Below are positions 9,638 through 18,605 of a DNA stretch of 53,331 bases, one piece after another (the first letter of the stretch is position 1; every line of letters begins with the position of its first letter). Source of the stretch: Candidatus Methylomirabilis sp. (GTDB lineage Bacteria > Methylomirabilota > Methylomirabilia > Methylomirabilales > Methylomirabilaceae); the NCBI GenBank assembly GCA_041498975.1, contig JBGQJI010000002.1, positions 1-53,331 of the forward strand, read 5' to 3'. The notes under the pieces were generated by a model. It had not been told where the DNA came from and did not search any database. It was given only the letters and a program-made list of their open reading frames with translations. The position numbers were made by a program, and so were the translations under genes.

Positions 9638-9861
9638 CCGACGGGCGGTGCAGTCAGGCGGCGCTCGCGGGCCGCAGCGAACGCCAGGCAGGCACGGATG
9701 TCCTCACGGGTGAGACCAGGGAAGTCCCCGAGAACCTGATCCTCCGTCATGCCCCCCGCCAGGTACTCAAGAATGTCATATACCGTGATGCGCGTGCCAC
9801 GCACACACGGCTTTCCACTCCGAATCCCGGGGGTGATCGTTATGCGGTCTTCCCAGTTCAT
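9634..9861 (-). CDS. DUF433 antitoxin
   Basis: RITITPGIRSGKPCVRGTRITVYDIL...FPGLTREDIRACLAFA. Confidence 0.92.
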   Translation of the reverse strand: MNWEDRITITPGIRSGKPCVRGTRITVYDILEYLAGGMTEDQVLGDFPGLTREDIRACLAFAAARERRLTAPPVG

Positions 9862-9867
9862 GTCGTC

Positions 9868-9896
9868 ATTGTACGGCAGTTGCCCCCCTCGGACAA
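9868..9896 (-). promoter_or_regulatory. Cassette-internal promoter for the TA pair (leaderless geometry)
   Basis: TTGTCC-17 bp-TACAAT, 6 nt before ATG 9861. Confidence 0.6.
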
Positions 9897-9914
9897 GTAC
9901 CTGCCTCTGCTTTT

Positions 9915-9945
9915 CTCTGGGCCCAACTATTGAGCCTACTGCTCC
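9915..9945 (-). other. attI-like junction (first core site of the array)
   Basis: GTAGGCTCAATA-GTTGGGCCC; complements this cassette's inverse core GGGCCTAAC; no attC hairpin seen upstream. Confidence 0.6.
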
Positions 9946-10114
9946 GCCCCCTGCAATCTGTTTCGCAGAGCCGCCCCAACCCTAGAAACCAAACATCTTC
10001 GGCAATTTTCGACATTTGGGAAGACTACGTCAAGCCTCCTCGTACCGACAAACATTGCGGAACTCGCAGTCTATCCCGATATCAGCGATGTGTATTCAGG
10101 CCAACAACCCACGG

Positions 10115-10171
10115 TCAGAGCCGATCCGAAGGGCCGTAGACACCACCCACACCCCGAACGTGGGCGAAGAG
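10115..10171 (-). pseudogene. Relic resembling an integron integrase C-terminus
   Basis: LFAHVRGVGGVYGPSDRL* resembles the IntI ending IYTHVLNRGGxGVxSPxDxL*; lies about 190 bp upstream of the attI-like site. Confidence 0.55.
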
Positions 10172-10178
10172 AGGGTTT

Positions 10179-10328
10179 TTATTTTTTCCCGACGTACTTC
10201 TCCGGCGCCTGCTCGAAGGCGCGCTTGCACATCTGAGCGCAGAAATAGTAAGTCGTCCCTTGATAGACGGCGGTGGCCGCCGCCCGCTTCTCATCCACCA
10301 TCATCCCGCACACCGGATCTTTCAACAT
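10179..10328 (-). CDS. Stand-alone YHS domain protein (49 aa)
   Basis: MLKDPVCGMMV...YYFCAQMCKRAFEQAPEKY; SD GGAGG. Confidence 0.9.
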   Translation of the reverse strand: MLKDPVCGMMVDEKRAAATAVYQGTTYYFCAQMCKRAFEQAPEKYVGKK

Positions 10329-10407
10329 TACGTGCCTCCGTATTCGCCTTCCCCCACACTCTGCTCCTCTCCCCCGATGGGGAAGAGGATACAGGTGAGG
10401 GGATCCA

Positions 10408-10863
10408 CTACCACGGCTGAGACCTGGCGTACTTGCGATCAATGGCCGCTTTGATCTGTGGGATCTTCTTCCCCTGCTTGTGCATGGCATACGCCTCCAG
10501 CGTAATGTCCTGGCACATGTCTCACCCGAACGCATGCCGGTCCACGTAGCAATCGAGGTTGTTCCGATGGCCGTTTCCCTTGAAGCAACCGCAATAGCAG
10601 GGCATCCGTTCGATCAGCTCTGGCGCCTCCCTCGCTATCTCGTAGGCCCTCGCGGTCTTGCCTGTGAATAGCGCCGAAGAAAGCGTCTGAGGGCGCGGAC
10701 GCCTCGGGACCGGCTGAAGGACGCGGTCGCCCATCTCGTCCGCCCTCACGGATGATCGCCGCCCACCGATCATCCCGAGGAGAAAACCGACCACGCCTCC
10801 CATGACAGCCCGGAAGAACTGTCTACGCTCCGGTTGTGACTCGCATCCGTCCTGTCTGTTCAC
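10408..10863 (-). CDS. PCYCGC-motif protein, probable selenoprotein (in-frame UGA at 10522-10524)
   Basis: MPCYCGC...GHRNNLDCY...HAFG-UGA-DMCQDITLEAYAMHKQGKKIPQIKAAIDRKY; RRQFF twin-arginine-like signal; SD GGAGG before GTG 10863. Confidence 0.8.
10479..10517 (-). promoter_or_regulatory. Bacterial SECIS-like hairpin
   Basis: UGUGC ca GG a CA u UACGC [UGGAG] GCGUA UG CC au GCACA; upper stem begins 11 nt after the UGA. Confidence 0.7.
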
Positions 10864-10932
10864 CAGTCTTCCTCCCATGGTAGGTCTTTGAGAACCGCCT
10901 GCATGGTTCATAACAACAATGCGGTCAGATGC

Positions 10933-10980
10933 CATTGCGAGCGTGTGCGACTGAGAGATTGCTTCGCGATGCTCGCAATG
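10933..10980. repeat. REP-like palindromic element
   Basis: Perfect 10-bp inverted repeat CATTGCGAGC/GCTCGCAATG enclosing GAGATTGCTTCG. Confidence 0.6.
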
Positions 10981-11074
10981 ACGCTCCTCCGCACGGCAAT
11001 GCTCCAAAGGTCCCCCTTGCACCCTCTCCCCCAGTTGGGGGCGAGGGGCCTACATTCATGACAGGCCCAGCAAT

Positions 11075-13789
11075 CTACACATCAGTGACGGGCCGGAAGC
11101 GGCGCAACCGGAGCGCGTTGGTGACCACGGTAACCGAGGAAAGGGCCATGGCCGCGCCTGCCAGGACCGGGCTCAGCAGCACCCCGAAGAACGGGTAGAG
11201 AATGCCGGCGGCCACCGGGATCAAGATGACATTGTAGGCGAAGGCCCAGAACAGGTTCTGCTTGATGTTCCGCATCGTCTGTCTGCTCAACTGGATGGCT
11301 GTCACGACACTTCGCAGGTCGCCCCCGATCAGGGTGATGTCGGCTGCCTCCATCGCCACATCGGTACCCGTCCCGATGGCGATCCCGACATCAGCCTGTG
11401 CGAGCGCCGGCGCGTCGTTGATGCCATCGCCTACCATCGCCACCAGCTTCCCCTGTTCCTGGAGTTTCCGGACCTCGACCGCCTTGTGTTCCGGCAGAAC
11501 CTCCGCCAGGACTCGATCGATCCCCACCTGCCCGGCGATCGCCTCCGCGGTCCGACGGTTGTCACCGGTAATCATGACCACCTCGATGCCGAGGTGATGC
11601 AGAGCTGCCACAGCCGCCCTCGAGTGAGGTTTAAGAGTGTCGGCCACGCCCACAATCCCGAGGAGCTGGCCATCTGCAACAACAAACATCGGTGTCTTCC
11701 CCTCCCCAGAGAGCATCTCGGCCCGGTCGCCGATCCCTGTGAGGCCAATCACTCTCTCCTGCATCAGGCGAAGATTGCCAAGGAGAATCTCTTTTCCCTC
11801 CACAACCGCCCTGATCCCATATCCAGGAATCGCCTTGAACTCCTGAGGTCCGGCCAAGTCGAGCCCTTCCTCCTTCGCGCGATCGATGATCGCCTGTCCA
11901 AGCGGATGCTCGGATCCTCTTTCCGCCGATGCGGCAAGCCGAAGCAGCTCACGCTGAGCCGGGTTTAGGGTTTCGGGTTTCGAGTATCGGGTCAAATTCG
12001 ACGGAGAACTCGAAACTCCAAACTCGAAACTCGAAACGATGTCGGTGACCGATGGTTGACCGAGGGTCAGCGTACCGGTCTTATCGAACACGACCACGTT
12101 CACCTGATAGGCGCGCTCCAGGCTCTCGGCATTCTTGATCAGGACGCCATATTCCGCCCCCTTTCCGGTCCCCACCATGATCGACGTGGGGGTGGCCAGA
12201 CCGAGCGCGCATGGACAGGCGATCACCAGAACAGCGACGCAGTTGGAAAGAGCAAACAGGAACGCCGGCTGTGGTCCGAAGAGGAGCCAGACCCCGAACG
12301 TCACGGCCGCGGCGGCGATGACGATCGGCACGAATACCCCTGCGATCTTGTCCACCAGCCGCTGGATGGGGGCCTTCGACCCCTGCGCCTGCTCCACAAG
12401 CCGGATGATCTGGGCCAGGGCTGTCTCCCGCCCGACCCTGGTCGCCTCGAACCTGAAGCTGCCGGTCTTGTTCAGGGTTGCGCCAATGACCTCGTCCCCC
12501 GGGCTTTTCTCCACCGGAAGGCTTTCCCCGGTCAGCATCGACTCGTCGAGCGCCGATCGCCCGTCACGGATGATCCCGTCCACCGGCACCTTTTCTCCCG
12601 GCCGGACCATGACGAGGTCGCCCACGCGAACGTCCTCTATCGGGATGTCTTGCTCCAGCCCTCCGTGGATCACCCGCGCGGTCCTCGGCTGGAGCCCCAT
12701 GAGCCTCTTGATCGCCTCAGAGGTCTTGCCCTTCGCCTTCGCCTCGAGCCAACGACCCATGATGATCAGGGTCATGAGGATAGCCGCGGTGTCATAGTAG
12801 GTCATCGCCTCCATCCCCTTGGGGGCGATGGCGGCGGGAAAGAAGGTGAGGGCAACACTGTACAGATAGGCCGCATTGGTCCCGACCGAGACCAGGGTGT
12901 TCATATCGGCAGTCCTGTGTTTCAGCGTCGCCCAGAATCCCCGGTGAAATTGCCAGCCGACCCAGAACTGGACAGGCGTGGTAAGTAGGAAGAGCAGGAA
13001 GGGGTTGGACAGGACCGTCGGCGCCCATGGGAACAGGTCGGGAAAGCTTCCCAGTAGGACCGGAAGACTCAGGGCGGCCCCGACCAGGAGCTTGGTGCGA
13101 AGGAGGCGGACCTCCGCGTCCCTGGCCGCGCCTTCATGATCGATCAGTTCGGATGGGCGAGCCACCTCGGGTACGCGATACCCGGCGTCTTCGATCGCTT
13201 TCCGCAACTCGGCCGGCTGGACGACCGAGGCAAGGTAGGACACCGTCGCCCGCTCCACGGCGAAGTTCACGGAGGCGGAGACGACCCCCGGGGTCTCCAG
13301 CAGCGCGCGCTCGATCCGCTGCACGCAGGAGGCGCACGACATCCCCTGGATCGGCAGGACCGCCTCATCCACTCCTGCCTTGTAGCCCAGTTCCCGGATC
13401 TGCTTGATGAACCGATCGACTGTGATGATGTCAGGGTCATACAGGATCGTGGCCTGCTGCGTGGCGAAGTTGACGCTGACCTCTTTGACCCCAGGCAGCT
13501 CCGAGAGGCCGGATTCGATTGTGGCCACGCATGAGGCGCAACTCATCCCGCGGATCGGGATCTCGATGCGCTGGGAAGCCCGGCCCCTTCGGGACAAGGG
13601 AGGGGCAATCTCCACCGAGTGAGGCGACGCCCTCGGTTGTGGAGACCCGTCCACGTACTGCGCGGGCGACTTGTCGAATGCTTCCTTGCAGCTTGACGCA
13701 CAAAAGTAATAATCCACGCCGTTGTAGCGGCTGGTCCCGGCCGCCTCCTCCGGCAACACCTCCATCCCACAGATCGGATCTATCGGCAT
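11075..13789 (-). CDS. copA: Copper-translocating P1B-type ATPase with N-terminal YHS and two HMA domains
   Basis: DPICGM (YHS), 2x [41 protein letters not shown] and MxxSS Cu(I) signatures. Confidence 0.96.
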   Translation of the reverse strand: MPIDPICGMEVLPEEAAGTSRYNGVDYYFCASSCKEAFDKSPAQYVDGSPQPRASPHSVEIAPPLSRRGRASQRIEIPIRGMSCASCVATIESGLSELPGVKEVSVNFATQQATILYDPDIITVDRFIKQIRELGYKAGVDEAVLPIQGMSCASCVQRIERALLETPGVVSASVNFAVERATVSYLASVVQPAELRKAIEDAGYRVPEVARPSELIDHEGAARDAEVRLLRTKLLVGAALSLPVLLGSFPDLFPWAPTVLSNPFLLFLLTTPVQFWVGWQFHRGFWATLKHRTADMNTLVSVGTNAAYLYSVALTFFPAAIAPKGMEAMTYYDTAAILMTLIIMGRWLEAKAKGKTSEAIKRLMGLQPRTARVIHGGLEQDIPIEDVRVGDLVMVRPGEKVPVDGIIRDGRSALDESMLTGESLPVEKSPGDEVIGATLNKTGSFRFEATRVGRETALAQIIRLVEQAQGSKAPIQRLVDKIAGVFVPIVIAAAAVTFGVWLLFGPQPAFLFALSNCVAVLVIACPCALGLATPTSIMVGTGKGAEYGVLIKNAESLERAYQVNVVVFDKTGTLTLGQPSVTDIVSSFEFGVSSSPSNLTRYSKPETLNPAQRELLRLAASAERGSEHPLGQAIIDRAKEEGLDLAGPQEFKAIPGYGIRAVVEGKEILLGNLRLMQERVIGLTGIGDRAEMLSGEGKTPMFVVADGQLLGIVGVADTLKPHSRAAVAALHHLGIEVVMITGDNRRTAEAIAGQVGIDRVLAEVLPEHKAVEVRKLQEQGKLVAMVGDGINDAPALAQADVGIAIGTGTDVAMEAADITLIGGDLRSVVTAIQLSRQTMRNIKQNLFWAFAYNVILIPVAAGILYPFFGVLLSPVLAGAAMALSSVTVVTNALRLRRFRPVTDV
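11960..12037. repeat. Inverted heptamer repeat array inside copA
   Basis: GGGTTTA/GGGTTTC/GGGTTTC/GAGTATC facing GAAACTC/CAAACTC/GAAACTC. Confidence 0.75.
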
Positions 13790-14997
13790 GAACAGTCCTC
13801 AGGATCTTTCGATTTTCCGGGCATCAACGCTTGAGGATAGCGGGCGCCCAAGAGGAGAGCCAAGGGCCTCGGAATTCCCGCCCATGCACGGTCAGCGAAC
13901 GATCGGTAGCTTTTCTCTCCCATCAACACCCTGCGGAAGTGATCGATCATCCCACGGCGGCGCTTGAGCACCTTGAACCAGAGCCAGGGGAACCGATGGG
14001 CCTGCCGGCTGAGTTCGCCGGCAGCCTCCAGTTCCGGTGTGATCTCGGTTGAAATGGCTCGGTCATAGCACATGAGGTCACCGCCATCGTCGGCCGCCTG
14101 TAAAATCCCTCTGGCCGCCAGTTGGCCGCTCTGGATGGCGTAGTAGATCCCTTCTCCCAGAAACGGATCGACCAGCGCCGCCGCATCACCCGCCAGCAAT
14201 GCGCGCCCCCGATGAAGCGGCCCGCCGCTGGATGGGTGAAGTGGAATCAGCGCCCCATGAGTGCGCGCCCCCCTTCGCTCGCCGAAGCCCCCCGAGCCGA
14301 GGAAAGCGTCCAGGCAACTTGACGCGTGCTTCGCTGCCGTGCGGCCGACCATCACACCGACAGAGGCAACCCCACGCTTCGGAAAAGCCCAGCAATAGCC
14401 GCCTGGGGCGCGACCCACATCGATCACCACCCGGCCCTGAAGCGCGGTCTCAGCATAGCCCGCTAGTGGAAGCTCTCCATCCAGCCCCATGGCCCTCGGC
14501 CGCGGCCGACCTGGAAATAGATCTCGGGCAACAACCCCGGACGCCCCATCGGCCCCGACCAAAAAATCGGCGATCTCCGTCCTCCCGTCGAGATCGACCT
14601 CGACCCGGCCGCCCACCTCCCTGACAGCCCGAACAGCCTGCCCATCTTGGAATATGGCGCCAGCCTCAACGGCTTTGATGCAGAGCGCCTGATCGAACCG
14701 ATCGCGCCACACCATGTGGGCCATTGGCTCGGAGAAAGTCGCCTGAATCGGACTGCGGCCACGGCAGGTGAAAGTGAGCCCGGTTATCTGCTCTTCAACC
14801 AGGTCGGCCAGATCACACTTCAGCAGGTCCGCCACTCGCCTGGACAAGCAGCCGCCGCAGGCCTTATAGCGCGGCAGACGCCGACGCTCCAGAAGGAGGA
14901 CCTTGCCGCCACTACGCGCCAGCCCATGCGCAGCGGTAGCTCCCGCCGGCCCGCCGCCCACGACGATGGCATCGTATCGCACCGACCGCTCCGCCAC
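13780..14997 (-). CDS. Geranylgeranyl reductase family FAD oxidoreductase
   Basis: [46 protein letters not shown]. Confidence 0.88.
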   Translation of the reverse strand: MAERSVRYDAIVVGGGPAGATAAHGLARSGGKVLLLERRRLPRYKACGGCLSRRVADLLKCDLADLVEEQITGLTFTCRGRSPIQATFSEPMAHMVWRDRFDQALCIKAVEAGAIFQDGQAVRAVREVGGRVEVDLDGRTEIADFLVGADGASGVVARDLFPGRPRPRAMGLDGELPLAGYAETALQGRVVIDVGRAPGGYCWAFPKRGVASVGVMVGRTAAKHASSCLDAFLGSGGFGERRGARTHGALIPLHPSSGGPLHRGRALLAGDAAALVDPFLGEGIYYAIQSGQLAARGILQAADDGGDLMCYDRAISTEITPELEAAGELSRQAHRFPWLWFKVLKRRRGMIDHFRRVLMGEKSYRSFADRAWAGIPRPLALLLGARYPQALMPGKSKDPEDCSCR

Positions 14998-14998
14998 G

Positions 14999-15277
14999 CT
15001 ACCGGGCGTACCGCGTAAAGACCTCGAGGAGTTCGTCGATCTTCTTCTGGCGGTCGGCCTCCCGGCAGGACGCCATCGCCTCAGCCACGCACGATTCGAT
15101 GTGACGGCCGAGGAGGATCTTGCGTACCTGCTCCAGAGCGCCCTGAATGGCGGAGATTTGAAGGAGGATGTCTACGCAGTATTTCCCCTCCTCCACCATC
15201 CGCTGCACCCCCTGGACCTGCCCCTCGATCCGCTTGAGCCGGACCATCGCCTTCCGTTCAGTCTCCTCGTTGATCAC
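14999..15277 (-). CDS. csoR: CsoR family copper-sensing repressor
   Basis: RLKRIEGQV...YCVDILLQ...HIESC (Cys-His-Cys ligand set). Confidence 0.92.
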   Translation of the reverse strand: MINEETERKAMVRLKRIEGQVQGVQRMVEEGKYCVDILLQISAIQGALEQVRKILLGRHIESCVAEAMASCREADRQKKIDELLEVFTRYAR

Positions 15278-15310
15278 CTACCCCTCCGCGTTTTCATTGG
15301 AATCCTAGAA

Positions 15311-15325
15311 TACCCTACCAGGGTA
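15311..15325. promoter_or_regulatory. CsoR operator
   Basis: Palindrome TACCCT-ACC-AGGGTA matching the TACC...GGTA CsoR type, over the predicted transcription start. Confidence 0.8.
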
Positions 15326-15326
15326 G

Positions 15327-15355
15327 AGTATACTCCCGTCAAGGCATTCTGTCAA
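15327..15355 (-). promoter_or_regulatory. Sigma70-like promoter of the cso operon
   Basis: TTGACA-17 bp-TATACT. Confidence 0.75.
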
Positions 15356-15547
15356 GTCTGTCAACTTCTTGACACGGGAATGGCCTTCACGTGTTTCGGC
15401 ACGTTCAATCCTCCTTTTCGGAATCTACCTGATACACCGACTCGCCGCTATGGACGTTCACAGCTACAGCTAAGCCCGAACTATCCTGGTTCATGAATTC
15501 CTGACGCGCGAATGATCAGGGTCGAGACCAAGAAGAAGCGCACAAGT

Positions 15548-16504
15548 TCACGAACCGGGATCGAAGACCTCGTTCAGGCCGCTCCTGGAAGCGCCAGGCT
15601 TGAGGCCGCCGCCGATCACGTAGACCTTCCCGCCGACCACGCCCACGCCGAGGCCATGACGGGCCGTCGGCATCGGTGCCATACCGGTCCAGGTATCAGT
15701 GGCCGGATCGTAGGCCTCAGTCTGTGAGAAGGTCCCCTCCGACTCCTCGCCGCCGAAGACGAAGAGACGCCGGCCAAGCGCGACCACCGCAATCCCACCC
15801 CTGGCGGTTGGCATCGGCCGCCTCGACTCCCACCGATCGGCCGCAGGATCGTACACTTCCGTGGCGGCCAGGTTTCGACGCATCAACCCGACACGGCCGC
15901 CAACCACGTAGACCTTTCCACCCAGCGTGGCGGCAGCCAGGTGATCGCGGCCCGTTGGCATCGGCGCCCGCTGTCGCCAAGCGTCAGCCACCGGATCGTA
16001 CTCTTCATTGGTGCTGTAGACTTGCTCGGCCTTGCCGCCTACCGCGTAGAGCTTCCCGCTCACAACCGCAACGGCTAAACCCCCGCGCGGCGTCGGCATC
16101 GGCCGCCTTGCCTCCCAACGATCAGCGGAGGGATCGTAGCGCCAGACGGTCGCCAACGGCCTCCATGGCCAGGCATCCCGATACCCCCCCACCACGTAGA
16201 CCTTGCCGTCCAGGGCAGCGGCCGCGGCATGATGGAGAGGCTCTGGCAACGGCGCCCGGGCCCGCCAGCGATCAAGACCGGCGTCGTACTCCTGGACGGC
16301 ATGAGTCACGCCACCGATGAAAAACGACTTGAAGCCGCCGATCACGTAGATCTTCCCTGCCAGGGCCGCAGCTGCCACTTCGGTGCGCTCCAGAGGCATC
16401 GGCGCGGCAGCATGCCAGCTTCCCAGGTTGCTGGCGAAAGCGCCAAGGCCGGCGAGAAGGCTTGCTGCGCCAACAGCCACCGCCAGTCGTGTTCCGCGTC
16501 GCAT
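15548..16504 (-). CDS. Secreted Kelch-repeat beta-propeller protein
   Basis: Six repeats of GKxYVxGG...YDP..D.W...PMPT.R; signal peptide. Confidence 0.92.
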   Translation of the reverse strand: MRRGTRLAVAVGAASLLAGLGAFASNLGSWHAAAPMPLERTEVAAAALAGKIYVIGGFKSFFIGGVTHAVQEYDAGLDRWRARAPLPEPLHHAAAAALDGKVYVVGGYRDAWPWRPLATVWRYDPSADRWEARRPMPTPRGGLAVAVVSGKLYAVGGKAEQVYSTNEEYDPVADAWRQRAPMPTGRDHLAAATLGGKVYVVGGRVGLMRRNLAATEVYDPAADRWESRRPMPTARGGIAVVALGRRLFVFGGEESEGTFSQTEAYDPATDTWTGMAPMPTARHGLGVGVVGGKVYVIGGGLKPGASRSGLNEVFDPGS

Positions 16505-16526
16505 TATCCGTCCCTCCTCAGAGTGA

Positions 16527-16556
16527 TTGACACGTCCGACATCCCCTCAGTACAAT
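16527..16556 (+). promoter_or_regulatory. Promoter of the hydrolase (leaderless geometry)
   Basis: TTGACA-18 bp-TACAAT, 6 nt before ATG 16563. Confidence 0.65.
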
Positions 16557-16562
16557 CGGTCC

Positions 16563-17357
16563 ATGCCAAAGGTGCGCGTAGGCGGTATCCAGATGTTTTA
16601 CCGGGAAGATGGCCACGGCGATCATGTGGTTTGGATCCAGGGGCTCGGACTGGACCACCGCGGCTGGGCTCTCCAAATCCCTCTTTTCGCCCAGCACTAC
16701 TGCTGCCTGACTTTCGACAACCGTGACGCCGGCCAGACCGACCGGTCACCTAGTCCCTACACCATCAAGACCATGGCCGACGATACCATCCGGTTGATGG
16801 ATGCGCTCGCGATCAAGCAGGCTCATATCGTCGGCCTCTCGATGGGCGGTGCCATCGCGCAGGAGTTGGCGATCAATCACCCCGGCAGGGTGAGACGGCT
16901 CGTCCTCGTGGCCACTTACACCTCCGGCGATCCGCGAGGGACCGACCTCCTCAGTTCCTTCGTCCTGATGCGGGCCCGTTTCAGTCGGGCGGAGTATCTG
17001 CGGGCTATCGGCCCGTGGATCTACTCGTACCAGGACTACCTGATCCCCGGACTGGTCGAATCGGCCATCAAGAAAGGACTGGAGGACCTCTACTTTCTCC
17101 CGGCCAAGGTCTACGCCCGCCAGGTCGAGGCCGCGACCGGCCACTTCACCGAGGATCGCCTGAAGCAGATTCATGCGCCAACCCTGATCGTGGCCGGCGA
17201 CGAGGACTTGCTGACCCCGATGCGCTTCGCCAGGACTCTTCACGACGGGATCCCTGCCGCCAAGCTCGTGGTGCTCCAGGGCACGGGCCACGCGCTGATC
17301 TGGACCCGCGCCGAGGAGTTCAACAATCTCGTCCTGTCATTCCTCCAGGAAGCCTGA
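16563..17357 (+). CDS. Alpha/beta hydrolase (enol-lactonase-like)
   Basis: FDNRDAG, GLSMGG nucleophile elbow, GDEDLLTP, GTGH. Confidence 0.9.
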   Translation: MPKVRVGGIQMFYREDGHGDHVVWIQGLGLDHRGWALQIPLFAQHYCCLTFDNRDAGQTDRSPSPYTIKTMADDTIRLMDALAIKQAHIVGLSMGGAIAQELAINHPGRVRRLVLVATYTSGDPRGTDLLSSFVLMRARFSRAEYLRAIGPWIYSYQDYLIPGLVESAIKKGLEDLYFLPAKVYARQVEAATGHFTEDRLKQIHAPTLIVAGDEDLLTPMRFARTLHDGIPAAKLVVLQGTGHALIWTRAEEFNNLVLSFLQEA

Positions 17358-17419
17358 CATCAACTGCCCCCCCCTTTTTCGCTTCTCGGCTCCGTCCGCG
17401 TGATCGTTCCCATGCTACT

Positions 17420-18583
17420 TTACCTTGCATACGCCATCTCCTCCAGGATCTTGATGCGCTGGGCCAGCGGGGGGTGCGTAGCCAGGAGATCGGCCCAGAA
17501 GCCTTCACGGTCGCTCAGAGGGTGCTCCAGCGGGTCGCAGATGCAGAGTGGTGCGGTGCCACGGCTAATGCTGCGGGTGGGAGCGGCCGCGGCCTGGAGC
17601 TTCCGAAGGGCGCTTGCCAGCCCCATGGGATGACGCGTCAGTTCGGCGCCGGAGGCGTCGGCGAGATACTCACGACTCCTCGAGATCGACATGGCGATCA
17701 GTTGGCCAATGAGCGGGGCCAGCACAACCAGCACGATCCAGACCACGAATAACACGATCTGGCCGGCTCCCGATCCTTTCCTGTCGCCTGAGTCTCCTCC
17801 CCGCCACGATCCGCTCCGAGCGGTCCAGTCGTGGAGCAGCAGCGCTGCCCCCAGGAGCGCAGCCGTGACAGTCATGACACGGGTGTCGTAGTTACGAATG
17901 TGAGACATTTCATGGGCGACGACCCCCTGCAACTCCTCCCGGTTCATGACCGCCAGGAGGCCCTGGGTCAGCGCGAGGGATGCATGGGCCGGGTCGCGAC
18001 CGGTGGCAAATGCGTTCGGATCGGGATCGGGCACAATGTAGACCCTCGGCTTCGGAAGGCCTGACGCGATCGCCATCTCCTCCACGACGTTGTCGAGTTG
18101 GCGGGCCTTTACGTCGGTTGGGTCCAGCGGGACAGCCCGGCACGAGGCGAGGACCAACTTGTCACCGCTTCTGAAGCCGAGCCAGGCTGTCAGCGTCCCC
18201 ACGCCGATTGCCGCGAGGGTTGCCACCGGGAACGTCACCTGTCTTGGATGTCCGGGATGGGAAGGGTCGAATCGGCTGATATCCATCGGGCCCCTTGAGA
18301 AGCCCGCGCCGATGACGAAGCGATCGACCCCGTATCCCAAGAACAGCAGGAGGAGGAGGAAGATACCGATCACGATGGCCGTCTTCCTACGGTTCCTGGC
18401 CTGCTGGTCGTACAGGTTGGCCGGCTGGATGGGCGGCAGAGGTGGCCTCGCGTGGGCCTGGCGCGAGGGGTCTGGCGGCGGCCCGACGGGCGTGATCGAG
18501 GGGCCGCGGGCCCCGACAGGGGCTCCGCACTGTTTGCAGCGAGTGGCATCAAACTGGACGAACCCGCAGGAAGGACAGCGCAT
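17420..18583 (-). CDS. htpX: M48 zinc metalloprotease HtpX with N-terminal zinc-ribbon extension
   Basis: PNAFATG, HEMSH, SREYLAD, THPP; N-terminal CPSC...CKQC. Confidence 0.9.
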   Translation of the reverse strand: MRCPSCGFVQFDATRCKQCGAPVGARGPSITPVGPPPDPSRQAHARPPLPPIQPANLYDQQARNRRKTAIVIGIFLLLLLFLGYGVDRFVIGAGFSRGPMDISRFDPSHPGHPRQVTFPVATLAAIGVGTLTAWLGFRSGDKLVLASCRAVPLDPTDVKARQLDNVVEEMAIASGLPKPRVYIVPDPDPNAFATGRDPAHASLALTQGLLAVMNREELQGVVAHEMSHIRNYDTRVMTVTAALLGAALLLHDWTARSGSWRGGDSGDRKGSGAGQIVLFVVWIVLVVLAPLIGQLIAMSISRSREYLADASGAELTRHPMGLASALRKLQAAAAPTRSISRGTAPLCICDPLEHPLSDREGFWADLLATHPPLAQRIKILEEMAYAR

Positions 18584-18605
18584 TCCCCGCCCCCGTCTCT
18601 CGATC

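Noticed and set aside
10179..10535. 118-aa extended YHS ORF
   Set aside because: The extension overlaps the PCYCGC read-through region out of frame; an SD supports the start at 10328
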